Part shown: positions 38,706-49,023 of the stretch, in pieces
Position numbering within the stretch: the first letter of the stretch is position 1
Layout: each line of letters starts with the position of its first letter
Notes under the pieces: model-generated
What the model was told of the DNA's origin: nothing
The model's input: only the letters and a program-made list of their open reading frames with translations
The model's database searches: none
Assembly: GCA_051532035.1 (NCBI GenBank)
Contig: JAOPTW010000025.1
Location: forward strand, 1 to 52,791
DNA from: Fibrobacterales bacterium
GTDB lineage: Bacteria; Fibrobacterota; Fibrobacteria; Fibrobacterales; JAOPTW01
Direction: 5' to 3'
DNA length: 52,791 bases
Position numbers and translations under genes: made by a program

Positions 38706-40850
38706 TTACCACGTTAAGCCATGCCCCAGAGGGAACTCCGCATCCCCATAATGATCATCACCAATATTAATTGGTATCTGTTCATAGGTTTTAGGCCATG
38801 TATACGGGAGTGTGCCGGTAGGTGTCACATCTCCAAAAAGTACATCGGCAACACCAGCTCCTTCAGAACCAGGTAAAAATGCCATTACAAATGCATCAGA
38901 GGCATTAATTTCATCACCTAACAACATGGGGCGCCCCGAGATCAGTACCACTACAAAAGGAATATTCGCTTCTGTATAGGCCCTAATTATTGCACTTTGA
39001 TCATGGGGAATATAGAGCGCATTGCGACCTTCACGCGCACAATCCATAGCACTACTTGGCATTCCACCACTTGATTTACAAGCATAATCATCGCCAAGCC
39101 ACTCTGCATAGGGTTCTTCACCCACAACAATTATTGCAACATCAGCACCAGAAACTACCTCGGTTGTATTATAAACCACCTCAGCGCTCCCAGCGACCTC
39201 TTCAACTCCTTCAAGAATAGTCGTTGCCGCTCCACCATCATAATCAGCCCAATTACCATCTTTTTTATATCCTTGCCAATCACGAGTCCATCCTCCTGAT
39301 TGCAAACTCAAGTTATTTGCATGCCATCCAGCAACAGCAATTTTGCCACTCTTTTTGAGTGGTAAAAAAGAGTTACTATTTTTGGCAACAACCATTGACT
39401 TCTGAACTGCTTCACGAGCAACAGCTTTGTGCTCTTCAAGGCCCACCTGCTGAGTTAAGCTCCGATCACCATAAGGATTTTCAAAAAGCCCCAATCTAAA
39501 TTTCATGCGAAGTATTCTTCGACACGACTCAGTAACAATTCCCTCATCTACCTGCCCGCTTTGTACCAACTGCACAATCTCTCCATGGACATTGGTATAC
39601 TTTTTACCCTCTTTACCTACAGCCATAAATATATCAACCCCAGCTTCAAGGGCACCTTTAACTGTTCCCCCTTCAACCCAAAAGCCTTCCCAGTCCGAGA
39701 CAACCACTCCATTAAAGCCGAGTTCCTCTTTGAGAATACCGGTAAGAATCTCTTTATGCATATGCATACGTATCCCATTAACACTGTTAAAGGCTGCCAT
39801 TACTGCAGTCACGCCAGCATCTATTGCCGCTTCGTAGGGTGGAAGATATATATCACGAAGATCCTTATCGCTTATTACCGCTTCCCCCCTCTCAATACCA
39901 TTAAGGGTTGCACCATCGCCTAAGAAATGTTTTGCGGTAGCACCAATGGTCTTAGTATCTAACAAATCACCTTGTAATCCTGTCACCAGCGCTCTACTCA
40001 ACGGTGTCGCAATCTCTGCGGTTTCACCGAGCCCTTCATACACCCGCCCCCATCGTTCGTTTCGAGAAACAGTAACACAAGGTCCAAAAGTCCAGTTAGA
40101 TCCACCCGCAGCGGTTTCGAGTGCTGTAATACGGCCAATCTCTTCTGCAAGGGTCGCATCGCCACTCGCAGCTAAATTAATATTGTGAGGAAACACCACA
40201 CTTCCTGCCAGATAATTATTTCCATGTACTGCATCAATACCAATGAGCATAGGTATTTTTAGACGACTGTTCATCATCACATCTTGCACTTTGTCGGCCT
40301 CGTCCATCCAACTGGCTGCGTTATTAGGGACGTTATCGTTACTCCCCCAAATGACCGAACCAATATTATAATCAGCAAGATTATTAATCTCATTCCAACC
40401 ATACAGTACTTCTACCATAGAAGGTTGAATCATCTGCCCCACTTTTTCTTCGAGAGTCATCATTTTGAGAATACTATCAACTTTTTGCTCTATGGTGGGG
40501 TCAAGCTCATTTTTACTCACTGCACTACTTGATGACTCAACCTCTTCTGACGAACTCACCATTACAGAGCTACTCTCATCCGAAGATGCCCCTGTACTCA
40601 AATCGTCGGATGATTGCATTACACTACTCGAACGCTCTTCCAAAGAAGAGAATGATAGCTCGTCGCTCGAGGCATCATCAGGAGCGCTACTCTCTGCCCC
40701 CACGGCATCACTTGATTGATCATCAACAGATTCTACAGAAGAGTTACCTAAATCACTTGACCCTTGCTCAGAAGGCCCCTCAACGTCCGGGCTACACCCC
40801 ATAATACCGGTAAGTCCCACAACAACGAATAATGCAAATAAACTTTTCAT
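38706..40850 (-). CDS. GH3 beta-glucosidase lipoprotein with Ser-rich linker
   Basis: Lipobox IMGC; MTLEEKVGQM, IDAVHG, RWGRVYE, KHFLGDG, VVSDW (nucleophile), GEEPYAE, LPGSEG. Confidence 0.93.
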   Translation of the reverse strand: MKSLFALFVVVGLTGIMGCSPDVEGPSEQGSSDLGNSSVESVDDQSSDAVGAESSAPDDASSDELSFSSLEERSSSVMQSSDDLSTGASSDESSSVMVSSSEEVESSSSAVSKNELDPTIEQKVDSILKMMTLEEKVGQMIQPSMVEVLYGWNEINNLADYNIGSVIWGSNDNVPNNAASWMDEADKVQDVMMNSRLKIPMLIGIDAVHGNNYLAGSVVFPHNINLAASGDATLAEEIGRITALETAAGGSNWTFGPCVTVSRNERWGRVYEGLGETAEIATPLSRALVTGLQGDLLDTKTIGATAKHFLGDGATLNGIERGEAVISDKDLRDIYLPPYEAAIDAGVTAVMAAFNSVNGIRMHMHKEILTGILKEELGFNGVVVSDWEGFWVEGGTVKGALEAGVDIFMAVGKEGKKYTNVHGEIVQLVQSGQVDEGIVTESCRRILRMKFRLGLFENPYGDRSLTQQVGLEEHKAVAREAVQKSMVVAKNSNSFLPLKKSGKIAVAGWHANNLSLQSGGWTRDWQGYKKDGNWADYDGGAATTILEGVEEVAGSAEVVYNTTEVVSGADVAIIVVGEEPYAEWLGDDYACKSSGGMPSSAMDCAREGRNALYIPHDQSAIIRAYTEANIPFVVVLISGRPMLLGDEINASDAFVMAFLPGSEGAGVADVLFGDVTPTGTLPYTWPKTYEQIPINIGDDHYGDAEFPLGHGLTW

Positions 40851-41137
40851 ATTTCCCCAATTAAACATGTGTACTGATATATTATAAATCTATATCAATA
40901 GAGCGTTCTCTGATTTTTAGGCCCTAGTTAGAGCAAAAAATTGTTGACATTTGTAGACAAAATCACGAATAAGTATTTGTAGGTATGTGCCTGTTTTATC
41001 CCCTGCATGTCCCAGAGGTAATATATATTATTTCCCTCTCTGAGTTCCTTAAAAGCACATTGTTCCTTTCGCGTTTGAGTTATTTGTACTATTTTATTTC
41101 TTACAATAATAATAGCGATGAAAAAGGGAAAATTTCT

Positions 41138-41404
41138 ATGAAAAAAAATAGCTTTTGCCAATCATGTGGATACCCCATGAAGAAAGACCCTAAAGGGGGC
41201 GGGAGTAATGCTGATGGATCTATCAACGAAACATACTGCTCAATGTGCTATGAAAATGGTCAATTCCTCAACCCTCCCGAAATTGACACTGCTCAGAAAT
41301 TTCAAAAATATTGTATTGAAATGATGAAAAAAAATGGTATGAATGGTATTCTCGCTTGGCTCCTCACGAGAGGAATACCCCGATTAAAGCGCTGGAAAAA
41401 GTAG
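41138..41404 (+). CDS. Zinc-ribbon domain protein
   Basis: FCQSCGYPM...YCSMCYENG...IPRLKRW; start at ATG 41138. Confidence 0.85.
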   Translation: MKKNSFCQSCGYPMKKDPKGGGSNADGSINETYCSMCYENGQFLNPPEIDTAQKFQKYCIEMMKKNGMNGILAWLLTRGIPRLKRWKK

Positions 41405-41425
41405 CCTTTCTTAGCTCAGGACATT

Positions 41426-41459
41426 AAAAAAGGCGATACAGAGTATGTATCGCCTTTTT
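41426..41459. terminator. Bidirectional intrinsic terminator
   Basis: AAAAAAGGCGATACA-GAGTA-TGTATCGCCTTTTT between convergent genes. Confidence 0.85.
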
Positions 41460-41477
41460 GCCCAAGATACTCCTATT

Positions 41478-43157
41478 CTAGCTACCAGCTGGAATAGTTG
41501 TCCCCAAATCTGGAATTAACCAGACATCCTTACGAAGATCGACACCACCGTCCATCTCCTCTTGTACTGCGCGGTCTACAATATAGACCCCAATTTCTGC
41601 CATCGCATCAAACGTATCCATCCCATTATTAGGGAAACCTTTTCTGGTGCGATGTATGTTAAAATCCCCTGAAAATGTTCTGTCAAATGCGGCCTCTACC
41701 CCTTCTTTACCAAGCATAAAACCAAGCATTCCTCCCCAAGTTGCTGTTGGATTATCAGAATCCCAACCGCTGAGAGCACCTATTTTTATAGTTTCAACAA
41801 TATCACCCTCTCCATAAAGGAGGCTCACAATACTCGCTCCAAAATTAATCCCAGCAGCGAAACACCCTAAATCGGCATTTGTATATGCTAAATCATACCC
41901 TGCCTCTTTATCAACCTGAAATTTTTGGTTGAGCCCATCTCGTGCAGTCTCCCATAATGAACCTTTTTCATATTCAGACAATACATAATCATACATTGCT
42001 GCGGTATAAGAATCATCAGGCAATCGCTGACGGGCTTGTTCTGCCATCCATAAAACTTTCTCTTTCATTGAAAGGTTTTGGTCAACATAAGTAGCAAGTG
42101 AATACATTATGACATAAAACTCTGAAGCCCATTGTGCATTTTCACGAGCAGTTGTGTTAATCGGAAGCTGTGCCATGGCCAACGCCACATCAGGTCGTGC
42201 AGGTGCAAAAAAACCAAAAATTTCAGTGGTTAACTGTGCATCAATCATATCCCAGTCTTCATTTTTTAACGGATCACTGGTCTCTGGAGGAATAGTACCT
42301 GCAATCATTAAGGCGTGAGCAGCTTGATTAGAAACCCATAAGTAATTTTCATAATCTCCCTTATAATCTTTAGCGTTTCCTGTTCCAGGATGTGCCTCTT
42401 TCTTTTCATCATAGATATGTTTTACCCAACCATCACGAATCTGTTCTCCACTCAACATACTCGTCTTATGCTGATATAATAAGTATTGATAGATATATTC
42501 AATATCAGTATCATCATCAGATCCCCAAATATCATCTTTAGGATCTAATACAAAGTCTATATAGCCCCCCGCAAGGTCGCTATTTTGTTGCCCCGCCCAA
42601 ATACTCGGCAAGTCCGTCCCCCCCCAATTTTCTCTAGTATAAAAAGGCAGGCCTCCAGCACCATTTCCACCAATTTTATCCATCTCAGTGATAAGCCCAG
42701 TCCAGTTTGCAATACATTGCCCCAACCAAAAACCATAGAGCTTTTCTTTATACTCTGCACGATTAATGACTATTTCATCACCCTGAGCACTGTAATCAAG
42801 ATACTCTAAATTAGGGTCCACTAAATCATTATCAATAGGACCAAGAGATGAACTCTCATCAGTTTCTGCAGAGGAACCATTAGTGAGCTCGGAAGATTGT
42901 TCTCCATTTTCTGAGGAGGTCGATTCATCACTACTTTGAGCGTCTTGACCAATACTTGATAACTGATCATTAGTAGATTCTTGCATTGCAGAACTTTCTG
43001 AATCATCAGAAGAGTCATCCATATTTAGAGATTCACTGCTCATTGCATCAGAAGAGTTATCAAAACTACTCTCTTCTTCACTTTTTGGATTCACCGTAGC
43101 ACACGACATAAGTGTTCCAATTACTACTAATCCTAACAGATTATTAAAATTTATCAT
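41478..43157 (-). CDS. ADP-ribosylglycohydrolase-family lipoprotein with Ser-rich linker
   Basis: Lipobox LMSC; GFWLGQCIANWTG, SDDDTDIEY, IDAQL..E, GWDSDNPTATWGG. Confidence 0.8.
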   Translation of the reverse strand: MINFNNLLGLVVIGTLMSCATVNPKSEEESSFDNSSDAMSSESLNMDDSSDDSESSAMQESTNDQLSSIGQDAQSSDESTSSENGEQSSELTNGSSAETDESSSLGPIDNDLVDPNLEYLDYSAQGDEIVINRAEYKEKLYGFWLGQCIANWTGLITEMDKIGGNGAGGLPFYTRENWGGTDLPSIWAGQQNSDLAGGYIDFVLDPKDDIWGSDDDTDIEYIYQYLLYQHKTSMLSGEQIRDGWVKHIYDEKKEAHPGTGNAKDYKGDYENYLWVSNQAAHALMIAGTIPPETSDPLKNEDWDMIDAQLTTEIFGFFAPARPDVALAMAQLPINTTARENAQWASEFYVIMYSLATYVDQNLSMKEKVLWMAEQARQRLPDDSYTAAMYDYVLSEYEKGSLWETARDGLNQKFQVDKEAGYDLAYTNADLGCFAAGINFGASIVSLLYGEGDIVETIKIGALSGWDSDNPTATWGGMLGFMLGKEGVEAAFDRTFSGDFNIHRTRKGFPNNGMDTFDAMAEIGVYIVDRAVQEEMDGGVDLRKDVWLIPDLGTTIPAGS

Positions 43158-43330
43158 CAGTCAAACCCCTCGATTTCTATGTAGAGATAAATATATATCT
43201 AAAATGTGGAGAGAGAAGGCTCCTTGTTCTTACATTATGTAATAATTACATAATTATGCCGATCAATTACTATTTAAGCCTAAACAATAGCCTTTTAAGG
43301 CCTAAAAATACCACTAAATCAAATACAATA

Positions 43331-45076
43331 TTACCCTTCTTCTTCAGCAACACTGACCTCGTTACTATCACAAGAAGTACTATCATTTTTTTTCAAATTA
43401 CTAAAAACTATTATCGTTTCGACAATCATCCATATTTCTAAGATAAATACCGCTACACCGATAATAAAAAGCATCCAGTTCTCACTACCCCAAAAACTTT
43501 GAAGATTATATGCCATAGCCCACCCAGTCATAGTAACCATAAAGACCATAGGAATTGCAGTATAATACGCTGAAACATTTCGTTTTACTAAATAAATTGT
43601 CATTACCAAAAGCGCAAGGCCAGCCAGTAATTGATTGATTGAACCGAACAAGGGCCAGAGTGCCAAAGCCCCTTTCCCATTGCCATTTGAAAAAGCAAGA
43701 ATAAAGGCCGTAATCACCGCAAAAGCAGTTGCAGGGTGTTTCCCTTTCAGAGGCTTAAAGTTCATCGTATCAGCAAGTTCAGTCACCACATAGCGCTGAA
43801 TACGCGTTGCGGAGTCTAAAGTTGTTGCCGCAAAGGAAACGAGGAAAACACCCATAATAGCAATCGTTATCTGTACCGGAATTCCCAATGTGGCAATCAT
43901 ATTGGATGAGCCTGTAACAAACGCCCCAAGCTTTGCAGAAAGTCCTTTTGCTGCAGCCCAGCTACTGTAATGATGGCTAAACGCTTCAGCCCCAAAAAGA
44001 GTGACGCCATCGCCTCCTTTAAGCCCCATACCAAGCCCCGCCGAGATGGCAATAATTACTAATGTGGCCATGGCACCTTCAACAAGCATACCACCATAGC
44101 CAATAAATTTTGCATTTCCTTCATTATCACACTGTTTTGAGGAGGTACCAGATGAGACCAAGCTGTGAAAACCAGATACTGCACCACAGGCAAGTACTAC
44201 AAACAAAAAAGGCAAGAGAGGGGGCGCCCCTTCTGGATCGGTTACCAAAGCTGGAGCAACAATGTCTGGCTGTGCAATAACAACCCCCAACACCAATAAA
44301 CCCATGGCAATCAACAACTGGTGTGAGTTAAGATAATCTCTTGGTTGGAGTAATAGTGTGACCGGTAAAGTCGAGGCGCCATAAGCATAGACCAATAAAA
44401 GGACCATCCAAATGGTCAACCCAGAAAACCCAAAGAGTGCAGGCATTTCAAAGGGTATATAACTCCCGAGTATAACGGTGCCATACATCACGACCACACC
44501 GATTATGCCGAGAGTGATATGACTTATTCCCTTTTTATACATGAGATACCCCACGCCTATGGCAAGAGGAATTTCAAACCATACCGGAATCACTGCCTCT
44601 GGATACATCCCAAAAAGAAGGGCAATAATAAGTGCAAAAACGGCGATAACAATCCAAAGAGCAAAAAAGATGATAGTTAAGAAAAGGCCCCGTACTCGAG
44701 GATTAATAATATCACCTGCCATCTCTCCTACTGACTTTCCTTCATTTCGCAGAGACATTACAAGAGAACCAAAGTCGTGAACAGCTCCCATTAAAATCGA
44801 CCCAAAGAGTACCCACAGTACTGCAGGCACCCACCCCCAAATAATTGCTACCGCAGGGCCAACAATGGGGCCGAGCCCCGCAATTGAGGTAAAGTGATGT
44901 CCAAAAAGGACATGTTTATCAGTCGGTTCAAAATCAATGCCATCTCGCTTGGTGTGTGAAGGAACACTATTTTTGGGGTTAATAGCAAATATTCTTTTTG
45001 AAAGAAAGGTACCGTAGGTTCGGTAGGCAATTATATATGCAAACCCTACTACAACTGCAAGGATAAGTGAATTCAT
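43331..45076 (-). CDS. cstA: Carbon starvation protein A family transporter
   Basis: DGIDFEPT, GHHFTSIAGLGPIVGP, GAVHDF, QPRDY, ACGAVSGFH, TTLDSATR, LWPLFGSINQL. Confidence 0.95.
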   Translation of the reverse strand: MNSLILAVVVGFAYIIAYRTYGTFLSKRIFAINPKNSVPSHTKRDGIDFEPTDKHVLFGHHFTSIAGLGPIVGPAVAIIWGWVPAVLWVLFGSILMGAVHDFGSLVMSLRNEGKSVGEMAGDIINPRVRGLFLTIIFFALWIVIAVFALIIALLFGMYPEAVIPVWFEIPLAIGVGYLMYKKGISHITLGIIGVVVMYGTVILGSYIPFEMPALFGFSGLTIWMVLLLVYAYGASTLPVTLLLQPRDYLNSHQLLIAMGLLVLGVVIAQPDIVAPALVTDPEGAPPLLPFLFVVLACGAVSGFHSLVSSGTSSKQCDNEGNAKFIGYGGMLVEGAMATLVIIAISAGLGMGLKGGDGVTLFGAEAFSHHYSSWAAAKGLSAKLGAFVTGSSNMIATLGIPVQITIAIMGVFLVSFAATTLDSATRIQRYVVTELADTMNFKPLKGKHPATAFAVITAFILAFSNGNGKGALALWPLFGSINQLLAGLALLVMTIYLVKRNVSAYYTAIPMVFMVTMTGWAMAYNLQSFWGSENWMLFIIGVAVFILEIWMIVETIIVFSNLKKNDSTSCDSNEVSVAEEEG

Positions 45077-45176
45077 GATCGACCCCTGTGATTTATTAAC
45101 AGAGGAAGATAGATAATATTTTCCCTTTCAGATATCGTTTTATCAGAGGTCACATTATTTTACAATGCGAAAATAA

Positions 45177-46769
45177 TTATTTGATTTCTGGGTTCCATAA
45201 CCGATTATTTTCAATAAGATAACTGTTGAGAGTCATACGCCCTGCTACTTCAGCTTGCAGTTCAGTAACCACAGTGCTATACTCTGCCGCAACATTATAC
45301 TCTTCTCTTGGATCGACAAATCTATTAAACACCATGGGAGCACCGTTCCCCCCATTCACCGGCAAATACACTGTCAATGAGTCCCGAGTGTAGAGCGCCC
45401 ATTGATTGCGCCCCCACAACACAGTATTGCGCTCATGGGTTTGTTCACGAAGAAGACTATGGCCCAAAAAGTGATTAGTACTCTGGATTCCTGCCAAATC
45501 AAGAATCGTTGGAGCGATATCATATTGTGATGCAGGGTTCGTTACCGGCCCCGCTTTAGGGAGCTCGGGATGTTCTCCAATCATCATAAAAGGGAGCCAC
45601 CGACATTCGGGAAAGAGTCCATTATTTATTGAAGCATCTGTGTGTTCCCCCAAAGGGAACCCATGATCTCCAGTGACAATCACTACAGTATTTTTAAACC
45701 ACGGTTCAGATTTTATTTTTTCGTACCAAGAGGCAACCGCATTCTCAGTGTAGCTCATAGAGTTAACCATTCGCTCCTGCAGGTCAGCTCCTTCAGCATG
45801 TGGCGTCATCCCATCCACCCCATTAAAAGGGTAATGGTTAACTTTGGTAATTGAAGTAAGAAAAAATGGTTGTTCAGTAGTTAACGAGTCGATCATCCAA
45901 TCAGCCATTTCGGACAGTCGTTGAAAATCCCGTTCTTCGTCACTATTATAATCCCATGATTGATACCACTGGTTGAGCCACGGAGTTTGATTGTCCCACG
46001 CAGGATCGGGTACTGAGAAGAATTTTGTAAGATACCCCTTATCACCTAATATATTCACAAAAGAGCGCTGCTTAAGAGTAGGAAAAGCCGATGCGAGAAA
46101 AGTATTTTGATGTTGAATCAGTGAGAGATGAATTCCCGTAAATGCACCAATAGTTGGAATACCCGAAATCATCATATGACTCCACCACGGGTTTTTCTGA
46201 GCGTGACTATTTAAAAAGGGTGTTGCATTACGTACTGCTCCGACCTCTTTCATGAATCCCGCATTCAGCCCACGATGACTCTCTAATATAAGAAGAACCA
46301 CATTGACCGGGTTACGATCCACCCCATCACAATCTTCATCAATACCATTACTGGGTAAATCCTCAGCGCCAGGGTGTACTAAGGGGTTATAATCATCACA
46401 GTCAACCCGTGCATCAAAACGATCACCATCACGATCACCATTACAAAAGGCATATTCATTTTGTGGTTCATTACAAATGTTAAACAACGTTTTTTTTATA
46501 TAGGGAAACTCTTTTGAGCTAAAAACAAAAGAGCTATCGCCTTGAATCTCCATCCACTCTGTTTGAAATGCCTGTACCGCATCATCATAAGCCTCGGGAC
46601 TTAGAGAGACCTTCGTTGACGTTGTAAGCTCTTTATATATCGTTTTGAGTACGGGCTGCAATTTCCGTTCACGATTCCCTCCACGCCAAATCACTTGGGT
46701 ATAAAGATAGCTGATAGTCAGCATTACAACAAAGGCAAATAGAATTTTATTAAAGGTGTGTTTCAGCAT
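45177..46769 (-). CDS. LTA-synthase-family sulfatase domain with Asp/Cys metal-binding insert (C-terminal part of a split gene)
   Basis: LLILESH, NATPFL, PT (catalytic Thr candidate), NHYPF, TGDHG, DIAPTILDL; insert DCDD...HPGA...NGIDEDCDG. Confidence 0.8.
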   Translation of the reverse strand: MLKHTFNKILFAFVVMLTISYLYTQVIWRGGNRERKLQPVLKTIYKELTTSTKVSLSPEAYDDAVQAFQTEWMEIQGDSSFVFSSKEFPYIKKTLFNICNEPQNEYAFCNGDRDGDRFDARVDCDDYNPLVHPGAEDLPSNGIDEDCDGVDRNPVNVVLLILESHRGLNAGFMKEVGAVRNATPFLNSHAQKNPWWSHMMISGIPTIGAFTGIHLSLIQHQNTFLASAFPTLKQRSFVNILGDKGYLTKFFSVPDPAWDNQTPWLNQWYQSWDYNSDEERDFQRLSEMADWMIDSLTTEQPFFLTSITKVNHYPFNGVDGMTPHAEGADLQERMVNSMSYTENAVASWYEKIKSEPWFKNTVVIVTGDHGFPLGEHTDASINNGLFPECRWLPFMMIGEHPELPKAGPVTNPASQYDIAPTILDLAGIQSTNHFLGHSLLREQTHERNTVLWGRNQWALYTRDSLTVYLPVNGGNGAPMVFNRFVDPREEYNVAAEYSTVVTELQAEVAGRMTLNSYLIENNRLWNPEIK

Positions 46770-47256
46770 ATCTTAACGTCTTTTTTGAAAAAAACCAGAG
46801 AAGCACGATACTCCCTGGCAACAAAATCAATTGGAAATACGGTATAGACATATCCTCTTTTAGATATTCTATAATCATTGCAAATGATGCACCATTACCA
46901 TAAGTAGAAAGCATATTGAAATTGAAGTGCCCCCCTAAAAAACGGTAAATTTCATTATCAAGTATCGTTAGGAGAATGATTAGTGCATGAACCCCAAGAG
47001 TAGCCCAGGGAAAACTATTGCGAGCTCTAAAAAGTATTACTATTACCGCAATACACATATTTAATCCGAATATCCATATCCAATCAAAACTGATTGCATG
47101 GAATATATACCAAGAGAACTTCCCTACGAAGGGATTGCCATAAGCATCTGCTCTTCCAAGTTGTGCTATACGCAACAAAAGGTGTACAACAAATACAGGC
47201 AGGGTAAGGAGTACAATCTTTTTCCACAATGCGAAATTCAAAACGTGATCCCTCAT
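46750..47256 (-). CDS. Multi-pass membrane protein resembling the N-terminal membrane domain of LTA-synthase family
   Basis: About 4 TM helices, D.EIYRFLGGHFN segment; overlaps the sulfatase ORF by 20 nt. Confidence 0.7.
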   Translation of the reverse strand: MRDHVLNFALWKKIVLLTLPVFVVHLLLRIAQLGRADAYGNPFVGKFSWYIFHAISFDWIWIFGLNMCIAVIVILFRARNSFPWATLGVHALIILLTILDNEIYRFLGGHFNFNMLSTYGNGASFAMIIEYLKEDMSIPYFQLILLPGSIVLLWFFSKKTLRYAETHL

Positions 47257-47334
47257 AGAAATTTCATAATTTAATGGCAAATATAGCAAAATATAGGTTC
47301 TGAGGCGACCAATGTAGAGGTCTAGGGCAGTAGA

Positions 47335-49014
47335 TTAACGCTTCATTACAATTCTGAGCCCCAAAAAGAGCGCAATCACCATTCCCGCAACACCAAAAAG
47401 AGAAACTTCATGCCAAAGGGGGGGGACCTTTGCAACGGTTACCATTACAGCTCCTGCAATCAGTGCCGCCATGACAATCGAATAGGCAAGCTTTTGACCA
47501 GTACGATCGATGCGGACCGAAATATCTTCAAGTCCTTTATGCATAAACTGTATCTGAATCTGCCCCTCTTTAATTTTGCGAATAAAATCTTTGGCCTCCA
47601 TGGGAATATCACTCAGAAAGCTCACCATGTCATAACTATTCATAAATGCATTTTCAAGTGCCTGTTTTGGAGAGAGCTGCTGGGTAATGAGCTTACGTGC
47701 ATAGGGCTTTAATTGTTCCATAAGATTAAAATCTGGGTCGAGGCCACGGGCAATCCCCTCAATAGTCCCTATAGCCTTGATAAGAAGATAGAGTGAATAT
47801 GGCAAGGTCAGTTGATATTTTTTAATCATACTATAAAGCTCGCCCGAAAACTCTACTACATCAATATGTTTTAAATTCATGTATGAATATTTATCAACAA
47901 GCTCTTGAACATCAACCATAAGAGCCGTACGAATGTCTCTATCTTTACAGCCTGTCAAGTACATCAATCCATCAGTTAATCGTTCATAATCTTTATTCGA
48001 CAAGGCAATCATCCCCTGACCCAGCGTTCTTTTCCAGGTAGGTAGAATTGATCCCATCATACCAAAATCTAAAAAACAGATTCTGCCATCTTTGAGAATA
48101 CGAATATTACCAGGGTGTGGGTCAGCGTGGAAAAAACCATTAATAAATACTTGTTGCAATATAAGTGCCGTCCCGTCAGATGCAACTTTTTTCAAATCAA
48201 ATCCCGCATCTGTTAAAGCATTCACCTCACTCGGACGATAGCCCTCAATATACTCCATCACCAAGACAGAGTGTGACGTATAGTCATGATAGAGCCTAGG
48301 AACGACGATAGTTTTTGTATCACGAAAGTGTTCTGCAAATCGTTGTATATGCGAAGCCTCATTCAGAAAATTAACCTCTTTCATTATGGTCTTGCGAAAC
48401 TCTTCAATAAGCGTCACGGGGTTAAACCGAGCTATGGAACTATTGTATCGTTCAGCCAACATTGCCAATTGCCGCATAATATCTAAATCAGAAGTTATCG
48501 TCTTATCAATTCCCGGCCGAAGAATCTTAACTACCACCTCTGCACCACTATTCAAGACCGCTCGATGCACTTGACCAATAGAGGCCGAGGCAAGGGGGGC
48601 CCGATTAAACTCCTTGAATACCGTATCAATGGGTGCGTTGAATCGCTCGAGTAACGTTGTTTCTATGACTTCTTCAGAAAGCGGACGTACATTTTCTTGT
48701 AAATATTCGAGTTCTTCAATAAGTTCGGCTGGGAGCAGGTCTGGGCGATTGGATAAAATTTGCCCGAATTTCACAAAGGTTGGACCGAGTTCTTCTAGAG
48801 CTAATCGTACACGCTCCCATCGGTTTTCACCCGCTGAATCACGCTGGAAAAAAGATCCCAATCGAAAACCATTCGGCTCCTCTCCTGGAGGCACGTCATG
48901 AGAAAAAAGTTCATCAAGCCCATAGGAAATAAGTACTGAAACTATTTCTCGATAACGACTCAGCACAACAAGTCGATTTCCCGCAAGTTTATTGAGAAGA
49001 TCACGCCCCCGCAT
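47335..49014 (-). CDS. ABC1/UbiB/AarF atypical kinase family protein
   Basis: ELGPTFVKFGQILS.RPD, ASASIGQVH, VVVK, FFHADPHPGN, LDFGM; C-terminal TM helices. Confidence 0.92.
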   Translation of the reverse strand: MRGRDLLNKLAGNRLVVLSRYREIVSVLISYGLDELFSHDVPPGEEPNGFRLGSFFQRDSAGENRWERVRLALEELGPTFVKFGQILSNRPDLLPAELIEELEYLQENVRPLSEEVIETTLLERFNAPIDTVFKEFNRAPLASASIGQVHRAVLNSGAEVVVKILRPGIDKTITSDLDIMRQLAMLAERYNSSIARFNPVTLIEEFRKTIMKEVNFLNEASHIQRFAEHFRDTKTIVVPRLYHDYTSHSVLVMEYIEGYRPSEVNALTDAGFDLKKVASDGTALILQQVFINGFFHADPHPGNIRILKDGRICFLDFGMMGSILPTWKRTLGQGMIALSNKDYERLTDGLMYLTGCKDRDIRTALMVDVQELVDKYSYMNLKHIDVVEFSGELYSMIKKYQLTLPYSLYLLIKAIGTIEGIARGLDPDFNLMEQLKPYARKLITQQLSPKQALENAFMNSYDMVSFLSDIPMEAKDFIRKIKEGQIQIQFMHKGLEDISVRIDRTGQKLAYSIVMAALIAGAVMVTVAKVPPLWHEVSLFGVAGMVIALFLGLRIVMKR

Positions 49015-49023
49015 TACTTTTGC

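Noticed and set aside
46781..46794. Phase variation at T/A homopolymers fusing the split LTA-synthase gene
   Set aside because: Shifting there meets a TAA just before the downstream ATG
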